From assembly GCA_965153455.1 (NCBI GenBank), contig OZ234493.1:20326213-20390212 (forward strand): 64,000 nt of DNA, in the 5' to 3' direction. Below are positions 50,945 through 64,000 of the stretch, piece by piece. A program made the translations under genes and the position numbers. Position 1 is the first letter of the stretch. Each line of letters starts with the position of its first letter. Origin of the DNA: Sphagnum compactum. Lineage: Eukaryota. The notes below the pieces were generated by a model, which made no database searches, was not told the DNA's origin, and saw nothing but the letters and a program-made list of their open reading frames with translations.

Positions 50945-51052
50945 TTTCAACTTGAGAAAAATAGTGGATGCTGTTTCTTTTTGTTGATTTTTTTGGGTTC
51001 TTACTAAAATCAACAAAAAGAAACAGCATCCATTATTTTTCTCAAGTTGAAA
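50945..51052. repeat. 47-bp inverted repeat with a 14-nt loop
   Basis: 50945-50991 is the reverse complement of 51006-51052 with one mismatch. Confidence 0.9.
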
Positions 51053-53744
51053 TTTTTTGGGTTCTTACCCAATCATTGATTTTAGTAAGAACCCAAAAAA
51101 AAACATCATTGATTTTGTTTAGTAATAGAATTTTAAACATTAAACTCAAAGTAACATGTAAACTCCTTAAGTTTGTTTTCTTGAAGGTGAGAATGCACAA
51201 ACATTTTACAATTTTCACATATGTGAAGACACATCATTCACTAAAACATTTCTTGAAGCAATAAATATCAATTTGTGCAAATAATTACAATTTTTTTGTG
51301 TGATAAAAGCTTAAATGCCTAATATAAATAAAAATATTCAAATATTGTGGAAGAAAAATAGGAATTATATTTGTGGACTATCTCCTTTCATCTCTATGCA
51401 CTTGCATGTTTTCTTAGACTCAAACTAAAATTGAAAATCAAGAATGACCAATGGAATTTTTTTTCATCTCATTTGCTTACAAATATCCATGACAAGATTT
51501 TCCTAAAATATTAAACATGCTCAATGTTCAAGTGCAGTCACACTAATATGGGTCACAACAAGTGTTTAATTTTTCACATTTAGAAGTGGTAATTTAATTT
51601 GGTGTTGAAAATATAAGATTTTTTAATATTGTAAGGTTCATAATATATCTTTGGAACATGTGAATTAATTTGAAAAATATCCGATGAATAATAAACTCTC
51701 AAAAACAATCATTAAGCACTGTAGCATGTGCTTTTTAGCATTATAAGGGCTTATAAATAGACTTCAAAACTTTTGACAATTACATATATTTTGAAATATT
51801 TTACATAAACCTTGACATAATAATATTTTAAAATTTATAAAAATTCTTGATTTTTTAAAAAGACTTTTAAAAGAATATTCTTTAAAATATTCCACTAAAA
51901 GTAGTTTCAAAAGTAGGCGAATGCAGCTTGTGTTATCACATTTGCACCCGTTGAACATTCCAATAGGTTAGATTTTAGAATTGGTGTGAGTATGGTATAT
52001 AACTTTACACCACTTGTTTAAGTAGTAAGTTGCATTGGTCTCATTGTGAGCATCAACAATGGTATGATTGATTCCACAAAATGAAAATATGATCTTGTGT
52101 GTTAGATAAAATGATAATATTTATATCAAACCCTCAAATATGTTCAAAAATCTCAAAATGATTTTGTGTTTTCAAAAATAATAATAACAAGGACATTGTC
52201 ATTCATAATTGAATGAATTTTTTTGTATATTTTGATTTTGTAATCATAGAAAGATATTATCATTAAAAAAAATCCTGAAAAATTAACAATTGAAACTATG
52301 TATTATTTGGTGTTTTTAAAATTAAGTACAGATACAAGTGTGACATGTGCTAGAAATAAAACCACCTTGCATTTCTTTATATGTAGTTTTCCTATGCAAC
52401 TTAGTTGAAACAAAATTCTACCTTCAAAATTACACAATATATTTTTGAATTGTTGTCATTGTTGACTTGTCAAGCCTTAATATCAACATTGGTATTAAGG
52501 AATTACTAGGCTGATATGACCTAAAACAATATCAATCTGACATGGACTTGAAGCAGTACCAAACTTATATTAATTTTCTACTAGTTTTTGTTTCAAGTAC
52601 ATGTTTCAAGCCGGCCAAAAATCAGTTTTAATACCCAATACCAAGGTTGGGTTGGTATAAAAGATGCATTTTTAATATTGTAAATGATTGATATTACTCT
52701 TTAAATTTCATTTACAAGGATGCATTAAAATTTTAAATTATTGTTGAATTGCCCAAAGCTTTTATATTTGAAATTGTCACAACAATTGCATCAAACTAAA
52801 TGAAGCAATCTAAAACGTTCTTACAATGTGTTCCAAAATTAAACAAACACCTTTTAGGTAGTGGATATTTTATAACATATCTAGATGCTGCCAATGAAAA
52901 GTTTGAAAAGTAAATTCTATTTGCATTTTGATTTAGTCCCAATAATGTCTCAATTTCTTTTTTAAAATCATGTTGGAAGACTTGTATGAACAATTAAATT
53001 CATACATATGATCATTTGCAATATATTTCAATTCTACTATAAGGACAAAGAAAAAATTGTATGCATTTTCCAAGTTGCATTTTTAATATTATAAGTGATT
53101 CGTTTTATTTTTCAAATTTCATATACAATGATGCATCAAATTATTATTAAATTGCTCAAAGCTTTATATTTGTATTACCACAATAATTGCATAAGACTAA
53201 ATAAAACATACTTAAAAACTATTTCATTACTTTACACTAACCGTCTACATGGACATGAAAAGGCACATGTTATTATGCTTTTCATGATTATTAAAAAAAG
53301 GTGTTGAAACAATAATTATTTTGAAAAATATTTTTTTGAGTCACATACATATATGTATATGTGAACCACTTGAAGCCATAGACTTTGGATAAATCCAGAG
53401 AACAAAATTGGTAAAATCAAATGTTTAGAATAGGTTTTTAGTGAAAAATATTATCTACAATAAAATAACAATAAATGTAACCAAAAGTTTTTGGAACAAA
53501 AAATCAACTTAATTAGCATGTGCTTGAAAACTTAATGTGAACTAACCCACCTACATGGATATGAAAAGGCACATAAACATTTGCCTTTTCACACCAATGT
53601 TATCTATATTAAATTAGTTTATTAACCTACCTCTTTCAAGCCTGGAGGATGGAGCTCAATGTAGGCTTTAGAAGAAGCAAATGCATCCAATTGTTTGGCA
53701 TCTTTTGAAGACTGTTGTGGGGAAGTTGAAGTGCAACAACAATT

Positions 53745-55128
53745 ATGTGTTTCTGGAGCTTTAGTAAGGTGCAATTTTTGCAGAGAAAAATTGTTACTTT
53801 GATGGGTGGTTCAACTAGTGCAGCTTCATGCATGGGTGTTGAGTCCAGAGTTGATCATGCTGCAGTGGTATTGAGCAATAGCTACAAGCATTGGGGGAGT
53901 GATCATCGACGTTGTCTCCATGTTCGAGCACCACGATTGTGGGCAACAAAGTGTGTTGTCCAGTTTCATTATTTTAAGATTGATAACCTCATCATCAGAT
54001 TCTTATGAAATGCAAGAATTGAGCAAGGGGTCTGTAGTTTCCTTCAAACAAATTCAATGTTGCTCCCATGCTCATTTTGTAGACTGAATTGTGCAGGGAT
54101 GGTGTTGCTCAAGTTCCTTCAATATTTAGTAGTTCTCAAAAGAGGAATATGAGCATTTGTACAAAGGTGACATCAATTGGGTTGCTAGGAGTGATTGTCT
54201 TTGGGAGCACTTGTCTCTATGATAACTTCCTTATTTTCCAACAATGTAGCAGGTAGCTACAAACATGTACAATTTCTATTGCATTTATTCATACCTTTCT
54301 TCATTGCTTAGCTCCATTTTCTACATCTCACTAACATTCTTCAACATTTTGTCATTGATCCTAATGTGTAGCAATGCATGATCTATTGCCATTTTTCATG
54401 CCTTGATTAATTCTTGTACACATGCAGGAAAGCATTAGAGAAAGCTGCACATGATACTCAGCTGAAGAAGATTCTAGGAGAAAACATTGAAATCGGAGAT
54501 TGGTACGAATCCACCATAGGTGTTGACCATGAAGGGCACTCTGCTTATTGTAACTTCCCTGTCAAGGGTAGCTTAAGCAATGCAAATATCCATCTTCGGG
54601 CTGTCAGGTTTGAAGGTAGATACTTTTCTCTCCTCATATATTGCAATCAGCAGCCAAATCCCCCCCCCAATTGAGAAGAAGGAAACTTTTTGCCAAACGA
54701 TCATGTGAATTGTTACAACATTTCTGCAATTGCAAAAGTTGCAAAAATGTTGAAGTACTAGAATTGAAGCTAATCGATACATATTTCTATGAACATTGTG
54801 ATACCTAGGGCTCTTTTTGGCACAACAATTAGGGTTTCAAGGTTTCACATAAGTGTAAGCAAAGAATTGCACTTCCAAGAGTTTCCATGGTTGAAATCTT
54901 TGCTTATGCCTTGAACTCTAAAGAATCCATAACTACAATTCATTAAGTTTTGAACCCTTTTTCCCCCTTCTTTCAGATAGAAGAGATTCTTATTTTGAAT
55001 GGCCGGGCTCCGGAAGATGGGAGTTGGTGGTGCTGGAGGCTTTAGTACATCCGGGTCCAAGTGAATCAGCTCAATGCCCCAGGCGCATTGATCTACATGC
55101 AACTGAAATCATACATCCAAAGTGGTAG
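53745..55128 (+). CDS. Coa1/TIM21-like mitochondrial cytochrome c oxidase assembly protein. Exons ~53745-53950 (uncertain), 54097-54252, 54428-54615, 54977-55128
   Basis: Spliced product contains a TM segment (VTSIGLLGVIVFGST), then IFQQCSRKALEKA...LGENIEIGDWYESTIGVDHEGHSAYCNFPVKG....IHLRAVR....WELVVLEALVH. This matches plant Coa1-domain proteins as I recall them. Frame is kept across the GT-AG introns. Confidence 0.72.
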
Positions 55129-58100
55129 GTACTTAATTTCAACTGCACCCACTGCCCATTTCCAAAGAAAACTCAATCAATCAACAACCACATGTACAAC
55201 CCCTATCTAAGAAAATGGAATTTCAGTACACCTAGATTGTTGTCATGAAGACTTTGAATTCTAAAATCAATGCAGAATGGAACTCACAACAATGCTCAAG
55301 GTGCAAAGTGGGAGAAGCTATGGAGAAGGCTAGCTTCTGCTTTTCATTCCATGGAGTTGTTGATGCACCATACTCACCAATGTCATTCTTGTGGTCTACT
55401 TACAAGTTTTAATGCAAGCTGCTAGGGTGCAAATTTAAATTGTAGATGGGAAGCTGTGTAAAACTACTTTCATGTTCCATCAAAATCTCCAACCAAAACC
55501 CAATCCAAATTTGTGTAACTTAATCCCAGAATTCTCAAAACCTAGTTCGAATAAGTTATCTTGTGACCCAAAAATTAATACATGAGATCAAGAAATAAAT
55601 GAACAAGAAACAGGCGTGACTGAAAAGGTAATACATGTAACAATCAAATGTAAAGAAAATTTCAAAACCAAAATTTCAAGTGTTACAAAAAATATTCAAT
55701 GCTGAAACAAAATCTGACCAAGGAAAACAAAATAAAATAGATGTCTGATTAAAAAGTTCATATAGTGTTTAAGAAAAGAACTAAAAACAGGATTCAAATA
55801 TGAAATTGCAAACTATTTACAAGCCAAGAAGAAAACCCAAAAGTTATGCTCAAAGTGAGCAAAAAAGGAAAAGAAAAAAAGTACAACATTGCCAGGTTCA
55901 AAATCAGTTGTTGTATGTTTTTCAGGGTCGTAAAGCACTGCCTGGATTTTTCCTTTGTATTTTCAGCTCCCTTACCTGCCTGAAGAAACATGTTTTCAGC
56001 AAGCGGGATCTTCTGCAGTGGAAGGTACCAGCCAGGTTGTACTGGGATCTTCTGACCTGCGCAAGGTACAAGCCAGCCTGTCACTATTTCTAAAAAGTGA
56101 AAAAATCCAAGCTCTGCTGTTTGCAGGAAAAGGACCTGAGTAGAGGCCCTCCTACACATATAGAATGGGCCTTGTGTGGTTTGTGAATTGGATCAACCTG
56201 TGATCCTCTTGTACTGCTTCACCCACAACTGCAAGGGCAACACCTTCTCACCATTTCACTCCAAGCATTTTCAGAGCCTGCAAATAGTCAAGAGTGCCAC
56301 AAACTAGAGACCAGCTAGATTTCTTCACCTCACCGTGAGCCCCATCCTAGTGGCATTTCCTACACCCACTACATAGACCCCAGCTTCCAAGTACGATGAA
56401 CCTCCTTGCTAACAGAGAGCATGCAAACGGAGTCCTGAATCTACGGCCTCGTGTCATTGTGCTTCAAAAAGTGTTGTTCCCACAATTTCTTCAAGAATCA
56501 CTCCTCACAAACTGCTGTGTTCGCCAGTGATGGGCACATCTGAGCCCACTCGGCCCGCCACTGAAACCATGACTAGAAGTACTTTGCACGCTGATTGTAG
56601 TAATAAAACAGGGTCTTGAAGTTGGTTCGCTCTTTGCACAGACTTCAGGGTTTAGGCGTCTTTACCCGTGTTCCTACTGAGACAATACAGTGCTACTCCA
56701 CTGAGGCAGAATGCTATGCCACTCCATGATAGCACGATCGATATCGTGGATCTCTACTTCCTTTTGGACCCTTTTTCCTTTTCTCTGGCCTTCAAGCTTC
56801 AAATCAAAGCCAACCCAATTCTGCTGCAATCCCGACGTGTTCAAATCACATAGAATTCAAAGGTTTTCATCTCTGATTCCAAAACCTCTGCCAGAATCTT
56901 TATTCATCTTCATATGCAACATCAAATTCCTTCAAAGCCTCTGCCAGAATTCTGCTAGAACCTAATTCATCTTCATATTCTGCGACACATTTATTTTTTC
57001 AGGGTGAAGGTCCAGTTGGTTTTTTCTCACTGCAGATGGAATCCCTTCCTCACGAAATAGGTATTCTGCCTTCTCCAAACAGCCAAGCGACGATCCATAT
57101 GAGCAGGTGTGATCTTTAACCCTAACCTTATTTTGGGCAAAAGAAGATGATGGTGATGACGGTGAAGATGAACAAGATGAAGCAACAGAAGGGAAAATAA
57201 GCAAATATGCAAAATGACGAGAAACTGAGATTGTTCACTCTTTGTTCTTCCTCGCAAAAATCAAATCAAAAGCAAAACCAGAGTCAAAAAAAACCCTAAG
57301 CAACCAAACATTGCTATCCAAATCAAACATCAACGCAAACAAACGTTCAAAGGTTTTTTTTTTCAAAACCTAGCGAACCAAGCACTTACTGCCTAGATCA
57401 AAGATCAATGCAAACCTTTTAAAAGAAGCCTTTGATCAGGTTTTAAAAAAAGGAAAACTTAACATTATTCTCGCCATGTTTTGCATGCCCCTCTACAAAT
57501 AAATTGAGATCTTTTCCTCACATCATGGATATTTTGTAAGTAGAGATCTTTTGCATTGCAGACACTACCTTAAAGGTGATGGCTGTGAAATCATTACTTA
57601 AGGCATTTTGCTTCGTTTTCCCTCTTGTGGAGACTCCAATCCATGCTGAGAAGTTCATGACTATTGAGGCAAGTACCAAGCCCAAATATTTTGTTGTGAA
57701 AGATTTTGTTGTTTGTATGCTGCCGTAAAGAAAGATCTCTCTTTTTTGGTTTTGGGATTTCAGAAATATTAGATGGAGCTCAAATGGGTCTTGGGTGTTG
57801 GAGCAGCCTTGGCTGCTGGTTCAGTGGCACAAGAATAACGAAAATTCAAATGAAGAGCCTCCTTGACCAAAAGCTTGACTTGAAGTTTGAATATTGAGTC
57901 CAAGCTCGATGGGAAGTTCAAAAAACTTGACTTAAAATTTGAATATATTAAGTCAAAACTCAAAGATCTCAAATCCAAGCTTGATGAACATGAACAAAAG
58001 TTGTGAGAATGTTGTCTGCAATGGTGGTGAAAGACCACCTGCCCCTCTGCAGGTGTGATTGACATCTTTTTGGAAGCCCAACCCACATTCTTTCTCTGAG

Positions 58101-58855
58101 ACAGAAGAGTTGTTGGATAATAAAAATTGCCATGCAAATCCACAAATGAATGGCATAAGTTTGCCACTTCTTTCTCTTCCTTGCCTAGTAGGGAAGAAAG
58201 TGTCATCAGAGACAGGAGGGGATGATTTGTAAAAAGATTTGTGTTTCTACAACTGTGACAACATGCAGAGCCTCACTTTTGATGCTTTTACGACCAAGTG
58301 TTGAAGACTTTGAGGGTGATGGTAAAATAATAATGTGGCCGTAGGGTAGAATGAAGAAATACACAGATCTCACCTATGTATTTGTCATGGCAATACTTGC
58401 ACATCATTAGACAATCCCATTATGAATGCCAGCCTTCTCAAAAACTCCATGTATGAATGAAGTGAGTTCAAGTTCCAAGAATGCAACAAACAACAGAAAC
58501 TCCCAATTTGAAAATGAACTTGAATATTCATCACATGTCCCTTGAAAGCCTTTTTCCTGACACATGTCAATGGGTACAAATCTTGTATCCAACTTGATTA
58601 CTCAAGCACCCTCAAAGACACTTGCAAATGCAAAGAACTTGATTTCAAGTTTCAAACTGATTACGAAGTGTGGTTGAACCCAAGAAGAGCAAATGGCTGA
58701 AGAGAAATAATGTGGTCATTATAAGTTGCACCCTTGGGAGGTCTTTGGACTCAAGCTTTGAGTCATCTACAAGAGATAATAAGGAGCCTCATCAAAAAAA
58801 AATTACGGGAAATAGACATGCACAAAATTGTAGCAACAGCTACTACAAAATAATA

Positions 58856-59800
58856 TTACATACTGGGTAGGATGCAACCATGATACATCTTGTCCAGTAA
58901 TAGGAATCAGGTCTTTGCAATAAGCCCTTGTTGTTGGCTTGGCCAGTTCCTAAGCATACAGGGCACAGGCACACCAGCTTTCCACACCCTCCATGCTCTC
59001 ACACACTTAATCTGGCACATCAGAAAAAAGAAGAACCAAAAAACAAGGGAATAGCAAGTAGACATTTGACAACATCCACAACATGGTGATGTATGGGTTC
59101 AAGACGCCATGTGAACTTTGGATGCTCAATTCCCCTCTGGCATTGCCAAAGTCATATATTGCCTTTCATATCAATGACTGTTGTGGGAGAATCAGTGGAA
59201 AGCAAAGAGAGTTTACCGTAGCAATTAGGGGATTTTGTGAACTCGTAGATGTCTTTGCATCACTTCCTGTTCAGAGCTTTCGATTTTCCTGTCCCAACAC
59301 ACAGGTCACCCGCACCTGATTTGAAGCCATTCATAACTGGTTGAGAAACTGCTTGGAAAGCTGGTGAAAAAATTCTTAACTGCGACAATGCAGTCCATGT
59401 GAGAGCTTCTTTTTAGCTTCAATGCAAACTCCTGGAATTTGGTGCTGCATTCTGTGAAGATGTTTTACACAGAAGTAGAGCCTTGTCATAACAATGGTGA
59501 GGTTGGAGGGTGGGCATTTGCTCAATACCCACTAGACACAAAAAGAAAGGGGAACTTACAAGTAACAGCACCAGGTCCTGGGCAATTCTTACACATGGCA
59601 CCAGCGCCTTCCACAGCTAGAGCTTCATCCCCTGATGATGCTGCTGCTGATGTAACCACTGCTATACCTACACCAGCACATACTGAGCGTAAAATCTGCC
59701 AGGGTGTCCTTGTACTCATTTCCTGCCAAAATTACCATCAACAGAGAAGAAATCCGATAAACCTGAAAAAAGCTTTCCATGATATTGGCAGCAACAGATA
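58856..59800 (-). pseudogene. PSA2: PSA2/EDA3-like DnaJ-type zinc-finger thylakoid protein pseudogene (3 exons)
   Basis: Reads CKNCPGPGAVT | [31 protein letters not shown] | GKLVCLCPVCLGTGQANNKGLLQRPD..LLDKMYHGCILP. Lesions are an in-frame TGA at 59260-59262, a lost Cys and a frameshift in the last exon. Confidence 0.85.
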
Positions 59801-59817
59801 TAGTCAACAACTTTCCT

Positions 59818-59952
59818 GTGAACATCATCAGCTGCACATGGGAGTTCTGTGAACATAATGAGCTGCTGCTCATGGGTGTTTTTGTGAACATAGTCAGCTG
59901 CTCATGGGAGTTTTGTGAACATAATCAGCTGCTCATGGGAGTTCTGTGAACA
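59818..59952. repeat. ~31-bp minisatellite, ~4 copies
   Basis: GTGAACATAATCAGCTGCTCATGGGAGTT(C/T)T repeated. Confidence 0.85.
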
Positions 59953-60069
59953 AGCAATGGTACCTCACTGAGCACAGGAAAACCCAGTTCCTGCTGAAGT
60001 GCAGCCTTGCATGCACGTTTGGCAGTCGCTAAAGTTTCAAGGGAGTAGTTGCTGTAACCATCACTCTGA

Positions 60070-62110
60070 AGGCAGGGATCAACTTGGGATTCCACTCAAT
60101 GTCATCAATTCCATTCACAACTCCCCTCAGCTTCCAGTTGTGATCCCAAACACACCATCCAATCCCCACCCTCCTTCTGGTGTTTGACACCCTCCTCCAT
60201 ACCCATGGCTAATGGTCACAATCTGATGAGCTGTGATCAAACCTGTCATGAAAACATTCATGTGTTCTCCTCCAATTGGTTCTAATAAATGGAATCTATT
60301 AGTGTAATGGTCTGGTAACCCCAGCTTTGCATAGTCTGACACTGGTCCATGGCCCTGCAAGTGCCACCTAGATCTCAAAATGAGGTTGTGTAACATGTCA
60401 CAACTCATGACCTATCTATGTATCTTGGCAACAGTTTCAGGTCCTAGCACATGTCTCCAACACATTTCAAAATTGACTTCTACACCACATATGTGCTTCC
60501 TGGGAAATACAACTTGCATTTCACTTCCTTAGCAAACTCCAACCTGCTGCTGTTTTAATCCGCTCTGTAAAACTCTCTAACTTGATGTTTTGGAAGCTGC
60601 ATAAACGAATGACACATCAAGTACTCAACAAGGTTTTGACATATGTAACTAGTTAATCCTGATAAGCAGGGGATTCAAGAACAAACCTGATGGCCATATT
60701 ATGGATGACAAGGACAGAACGAGTAAATTCCATCAAGCCATTGTCTCGATTGTATGCCTGCAAATATACTGGCAGCAAGGCTGTGTGCCAATCATAGGCA
60801 ATGAAGACCAAATTGCCATCTCTATGGCAGACACCCCCACGTGGCATATGCCAAGGCACCTGTTGTTACGAGAGCATCAATAACATCCAGGCATTTCATA
60901 GAAGTCAGGCACAAGAGTCGAACCAACCCCCACCCAAGCTATCAAATGCCAGAAAGACTAGTCTCACCTCCACAGCAGCCTTGCGGAGCAATATCATGCA
61001 TCACAACACCTCCTGTGTGCATGTCAACCATGACCTTCCCAGTTGAGAAGAATACATCCCTAATATGAGGTAAGTACAAACATTAACTCTGTGTTCTGTA
61101 GTATTCTGAAGAACTCAAACTGAGTCATATGCAGGACTAATTAACAGTTTCCTATTGAGACCTAGCTGCCTGCATATTAATGCTGTTAAGAGAAGCTGCA
61201 GGCAGCTAGGTTTCAGTTTGAAAGTAAACCACATCCTGCATGGCCATGAGAAGCAGTTAAGGGTGAGAGATTTGATACCTGACCTGAAACACTGTATGCC
61301 CTACGGATGCCAGTTTCCCAAGCATCTAAATAGTTGCTGCATCGAGGAGCCACGACCTGCACCCAGCACAAATCTTGAATACAACCATACCTTGGACACA
61401 AGCTACCCATATGCATGGAAGATTGGTGTGGAGAAGTAGAATTCTTTCATCTTCCTTTTCCATACATTCTGGAGGGTGCAGAAAATCGTTCACACGATCA
61501 CATGAAGCAGCATGAAGTTGCAAGAATTGCCAGGGTTGCAATCAATTGCTTTACAAATGTGAAAGCTCTACCATCACCTCTTGTTAAAAACACAGGATAA
61601 TTTGAGCAATTAGTGTAGGATCCCATGGGCTTTCCAGCTTGACCAACATTTCAACTGGCCCACGTTGTGAATCCAATTTGCCATATTCTTTACAGCCTAA
61701 GGTGTATAACAACACTTTATGTCTTGGGAGTCAACACAAGGTAGCAGTTACCCTGACACAATGACCATGTGCGTGACAATGCTTTAGGTTGAGCTCCCAT
61801 CACATCACCTAGACCGCCTGCAGAATCAAACAATCACAGTTAGTTACCTTTTTCACTCTGACCCATGACACTGTCAAGAATCATCGGTGAGCTTCAGTTG
61901 AAACAATCCAAAGAGTATTCAGCTTCCTCTTTGAATAATGATGAGAAGAATCTAAAGTAGGCGGTATTGGCAAACAACGACAGAGAGCAATACAGGTGAT
62001 CATTGTACTGGTTTTAGATGAGGGTGTACATTCAGCTGCAACGAATGAGCATTGCTTGTGAAGAAGCTCATCATCATGATTTCAGTGGGCCCTGCATCCG
62101 TCAACCATGG
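60070..62110 (-). pseudogene. SS2: Soluble starch synthase II-like pseudogene; intron-containing and lacking the C-terminal half
   Basis: Motifs FVAAECTPSSKT, GGLGDV, VVAPR.SNY, KAAVE, PWH...[54 protein letters not shown] and G.VNGID..EWNP. Multiple frameshifts and substitutions; homology stops near 60070. Confidence 0.88.
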
Positions 62111-62696
62111 GTGCCATAAAAATCCATATCACATCAGGTCAAAAAACGCTGATTACTGACAGTGGTTTCCAGAATAAGAGAAACTCTGTATAGCTTCCGA
62201 AGGATGCAAAGCTCCTGAGGCAAATTGCAATAAAAAAATGGAAAAACAACAGATTGTCTTTTCACTGACCTAATAAATGTGCTCCAAACCAATCTGTGAT
62301 ACATTTTCCCACATTGCAGATTTGTGCCAAAGCATCACAAAACACAGCCAGAAGAGGAATGGACATAAAAGCAATTGAAGAAAGAAATCCAAAATCCTCC
62401 AATTGACATTCATATTGCAAAGAGAGCATGTGTGAATTTTTTACCTGCTGCAGCAATTCCTTTTACTTGTTCAGGAGGAGTCTTTCTACTCTCTTCCACA
62501 ACTGTAGATCTTTCAGAATTTGCTGCCCTTCTCATCTTCTGAGCTCATGCAGATGAAGAAGAAGATGTGCCTCCCTTCCAAATGGCAGAGAACTCATTTC
62601 ATTTCACGCAACAAAAATCTTCCAAATTGTCTTGCCTCTTTAAGGTCCAATGAAATAGAGCAATCCTATTGGCTGAGCGTCATAAATTGGACCCCT

Positions 62697-63303
62697 GGCC
62701 TTTAGACGAGGGTCCAAGACCAAAAAGTGGCAAATTGAGGCTAAACCTACATAGTACCAAGGCACCATTTTGTGTAGGGTAAAGACCTAGGGTGGGGGCA
62801 TTCTCAAAATAAGGGGTCTACGACAAGGCAATAGCTAAGTCTGGCCCCACATTTAGGGAATGTCCCCCACCCATGGGCTAAAATGTCCCCTACCTATCAT
62901 AAAGCATGAGGCAAAATTTATCATGAACCAAACGTATGTAGATGGTAGGGTTCTTATGCCTACTCCTCAATAGAGGGAGCGTTCTTACACCTATAAGTAG
63001 GTATAATTTCCCTCCCACCTTTGAGGAGTAGGCATAATATCCCTCCCAATTTCTAAGAGAGAAATTCATGAATATAAGGTGCCCTCCACATACACTACAA
63101 ATCTTTTTCTCTCAGTGGTTATGGAAGGAAAATCAATTGGTTTGGAGGCAAAAATAAGACCTCAAAGAAGAGCTCATGATTTGGAGAACCAAGATGCAAG
63201 CTAGGGACCTTAAGGTAAGGTCCAACTCAAGGATTCAATTTGCTTCAAAGGAGTCCAAATTGGTTCCTAGGAATTTGGACCTTGGACCCATCTAAAGTGG
63301 GCC
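62697..63303. mobile_element. Harbinger-derived MITE of the same family as 9304-9636, with an internal insertion (~62760-63130)
   Basis: 63130-63303 is the reverse complement of 9304-9480 and ends CTAAAGTGGGCC|TAA. The left part, CAAAAAGTGGCAAATTGAGGCTA, matches ~9505-9530 in reverse. Confidence 0.65.
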
Positions 63304-64000
63304 TAAGTAAAGCCTAAGTAAGCCCTTTCCTTTTGGGATAATGAAGGGTGGAGATGGGTATCAAATTCTTGGTACCACCGGTTACCCTCTGGTTAACCCT
63401 CAATTTCAGTTTTTTTTTTTTTTTTCCTTTCTTTTTAAATTTTATTTCTAACAAATTCCAATTGTGGTTCCACACATAAATGGGACGAAGAACCTAGTTC
63501 CAGTGCTTGGTGGTTTCAATTCTCAAAGGGTGCAATCACAATCAAATGAGCCAATCCTTGTTTCAATAACAAGGATTCAAGGATTACATTTTCTTTTGGT
63601 CATTTATATTTTTCATAGAAAGATTTTTTTGGGTGAAACCTTTTGCAATATGTAACTAAAATTACATATAATTTTCTCAATACATAATTTCTTTGCATTA
63701 AAATTTGATGAATAACTAAGTTTTTTTTTAAGTGTACAAATTCTACCAAATTATATGTTTTGTTTTGAAAATTTATCTTAATTTTAAATTATATGAAAAT
63801 ATGTTAATTAATTTTATGAATTTTTTTTTTAATCATAAAATGCAACTTTACTTTAGATGTCATATACATTACACCCCATTTACATGTGGTAAAAGACTTT
63901 TAAAATTTTAAAATTATGTTCAATAGATTTTTATTTTAATTTTAATTTCAGAAATTTCAAATTTCAAGTGTTTTTTGCATGTGGGTAATCAATTAAAATT

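Noticed and set aside
52665-53210. Diverged ~140-bp direct repeat in AT-rich DNA
   Set aside because: Low complexity and probably an old TE remnant; no termini could be defined.
57770-58010. Short hydrophobic plus coiled-coil repeat frame (KLDLKFEY twice)
   Set aside because: Broken by stops and a frameshift, short, and unassignable.

Overview
Eukaryotic, intron-rich, AT-rich land-plant DNA. The gene set and repeats suggest a bryophyte, possibly a peat moss; this is an inference. Apparently intact genes are an SDR carbonyl reductase (+, 4 exons), a plastid RNase J with a C-terminal trihelix domain (+, 18 exons) and a Coa1-like mitochondrial protein (+). A DUF674 gene (-) carries an apparent frameshift. 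The most striking locus is an alpha/beta-hydrolase-NB-ARC-LRR immune receptor (about 38.3-47.3 kb). It is now disrupted and ends in about 50 near-identical 72-bp LRR units that vary almost only at surface positions and were still being duplicated after inactivation. Mobile elements include a young, full-length chromodomain Ty3/Gypsy LTR element (15300-21677) nested in an older gag. This element has a tRNA-independent self-priming-type PBS, a -1 frameshift signal and a 155-bp tandem array in its leader. There is also a complete but decayed PIF/Harbinger element with related MITEs, plus Copia and MULE fragments. Intron-containing pseudogenes of PSA2 and starch synthase II lie side by side near the right end. 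All calls were made by eye, without database searches.
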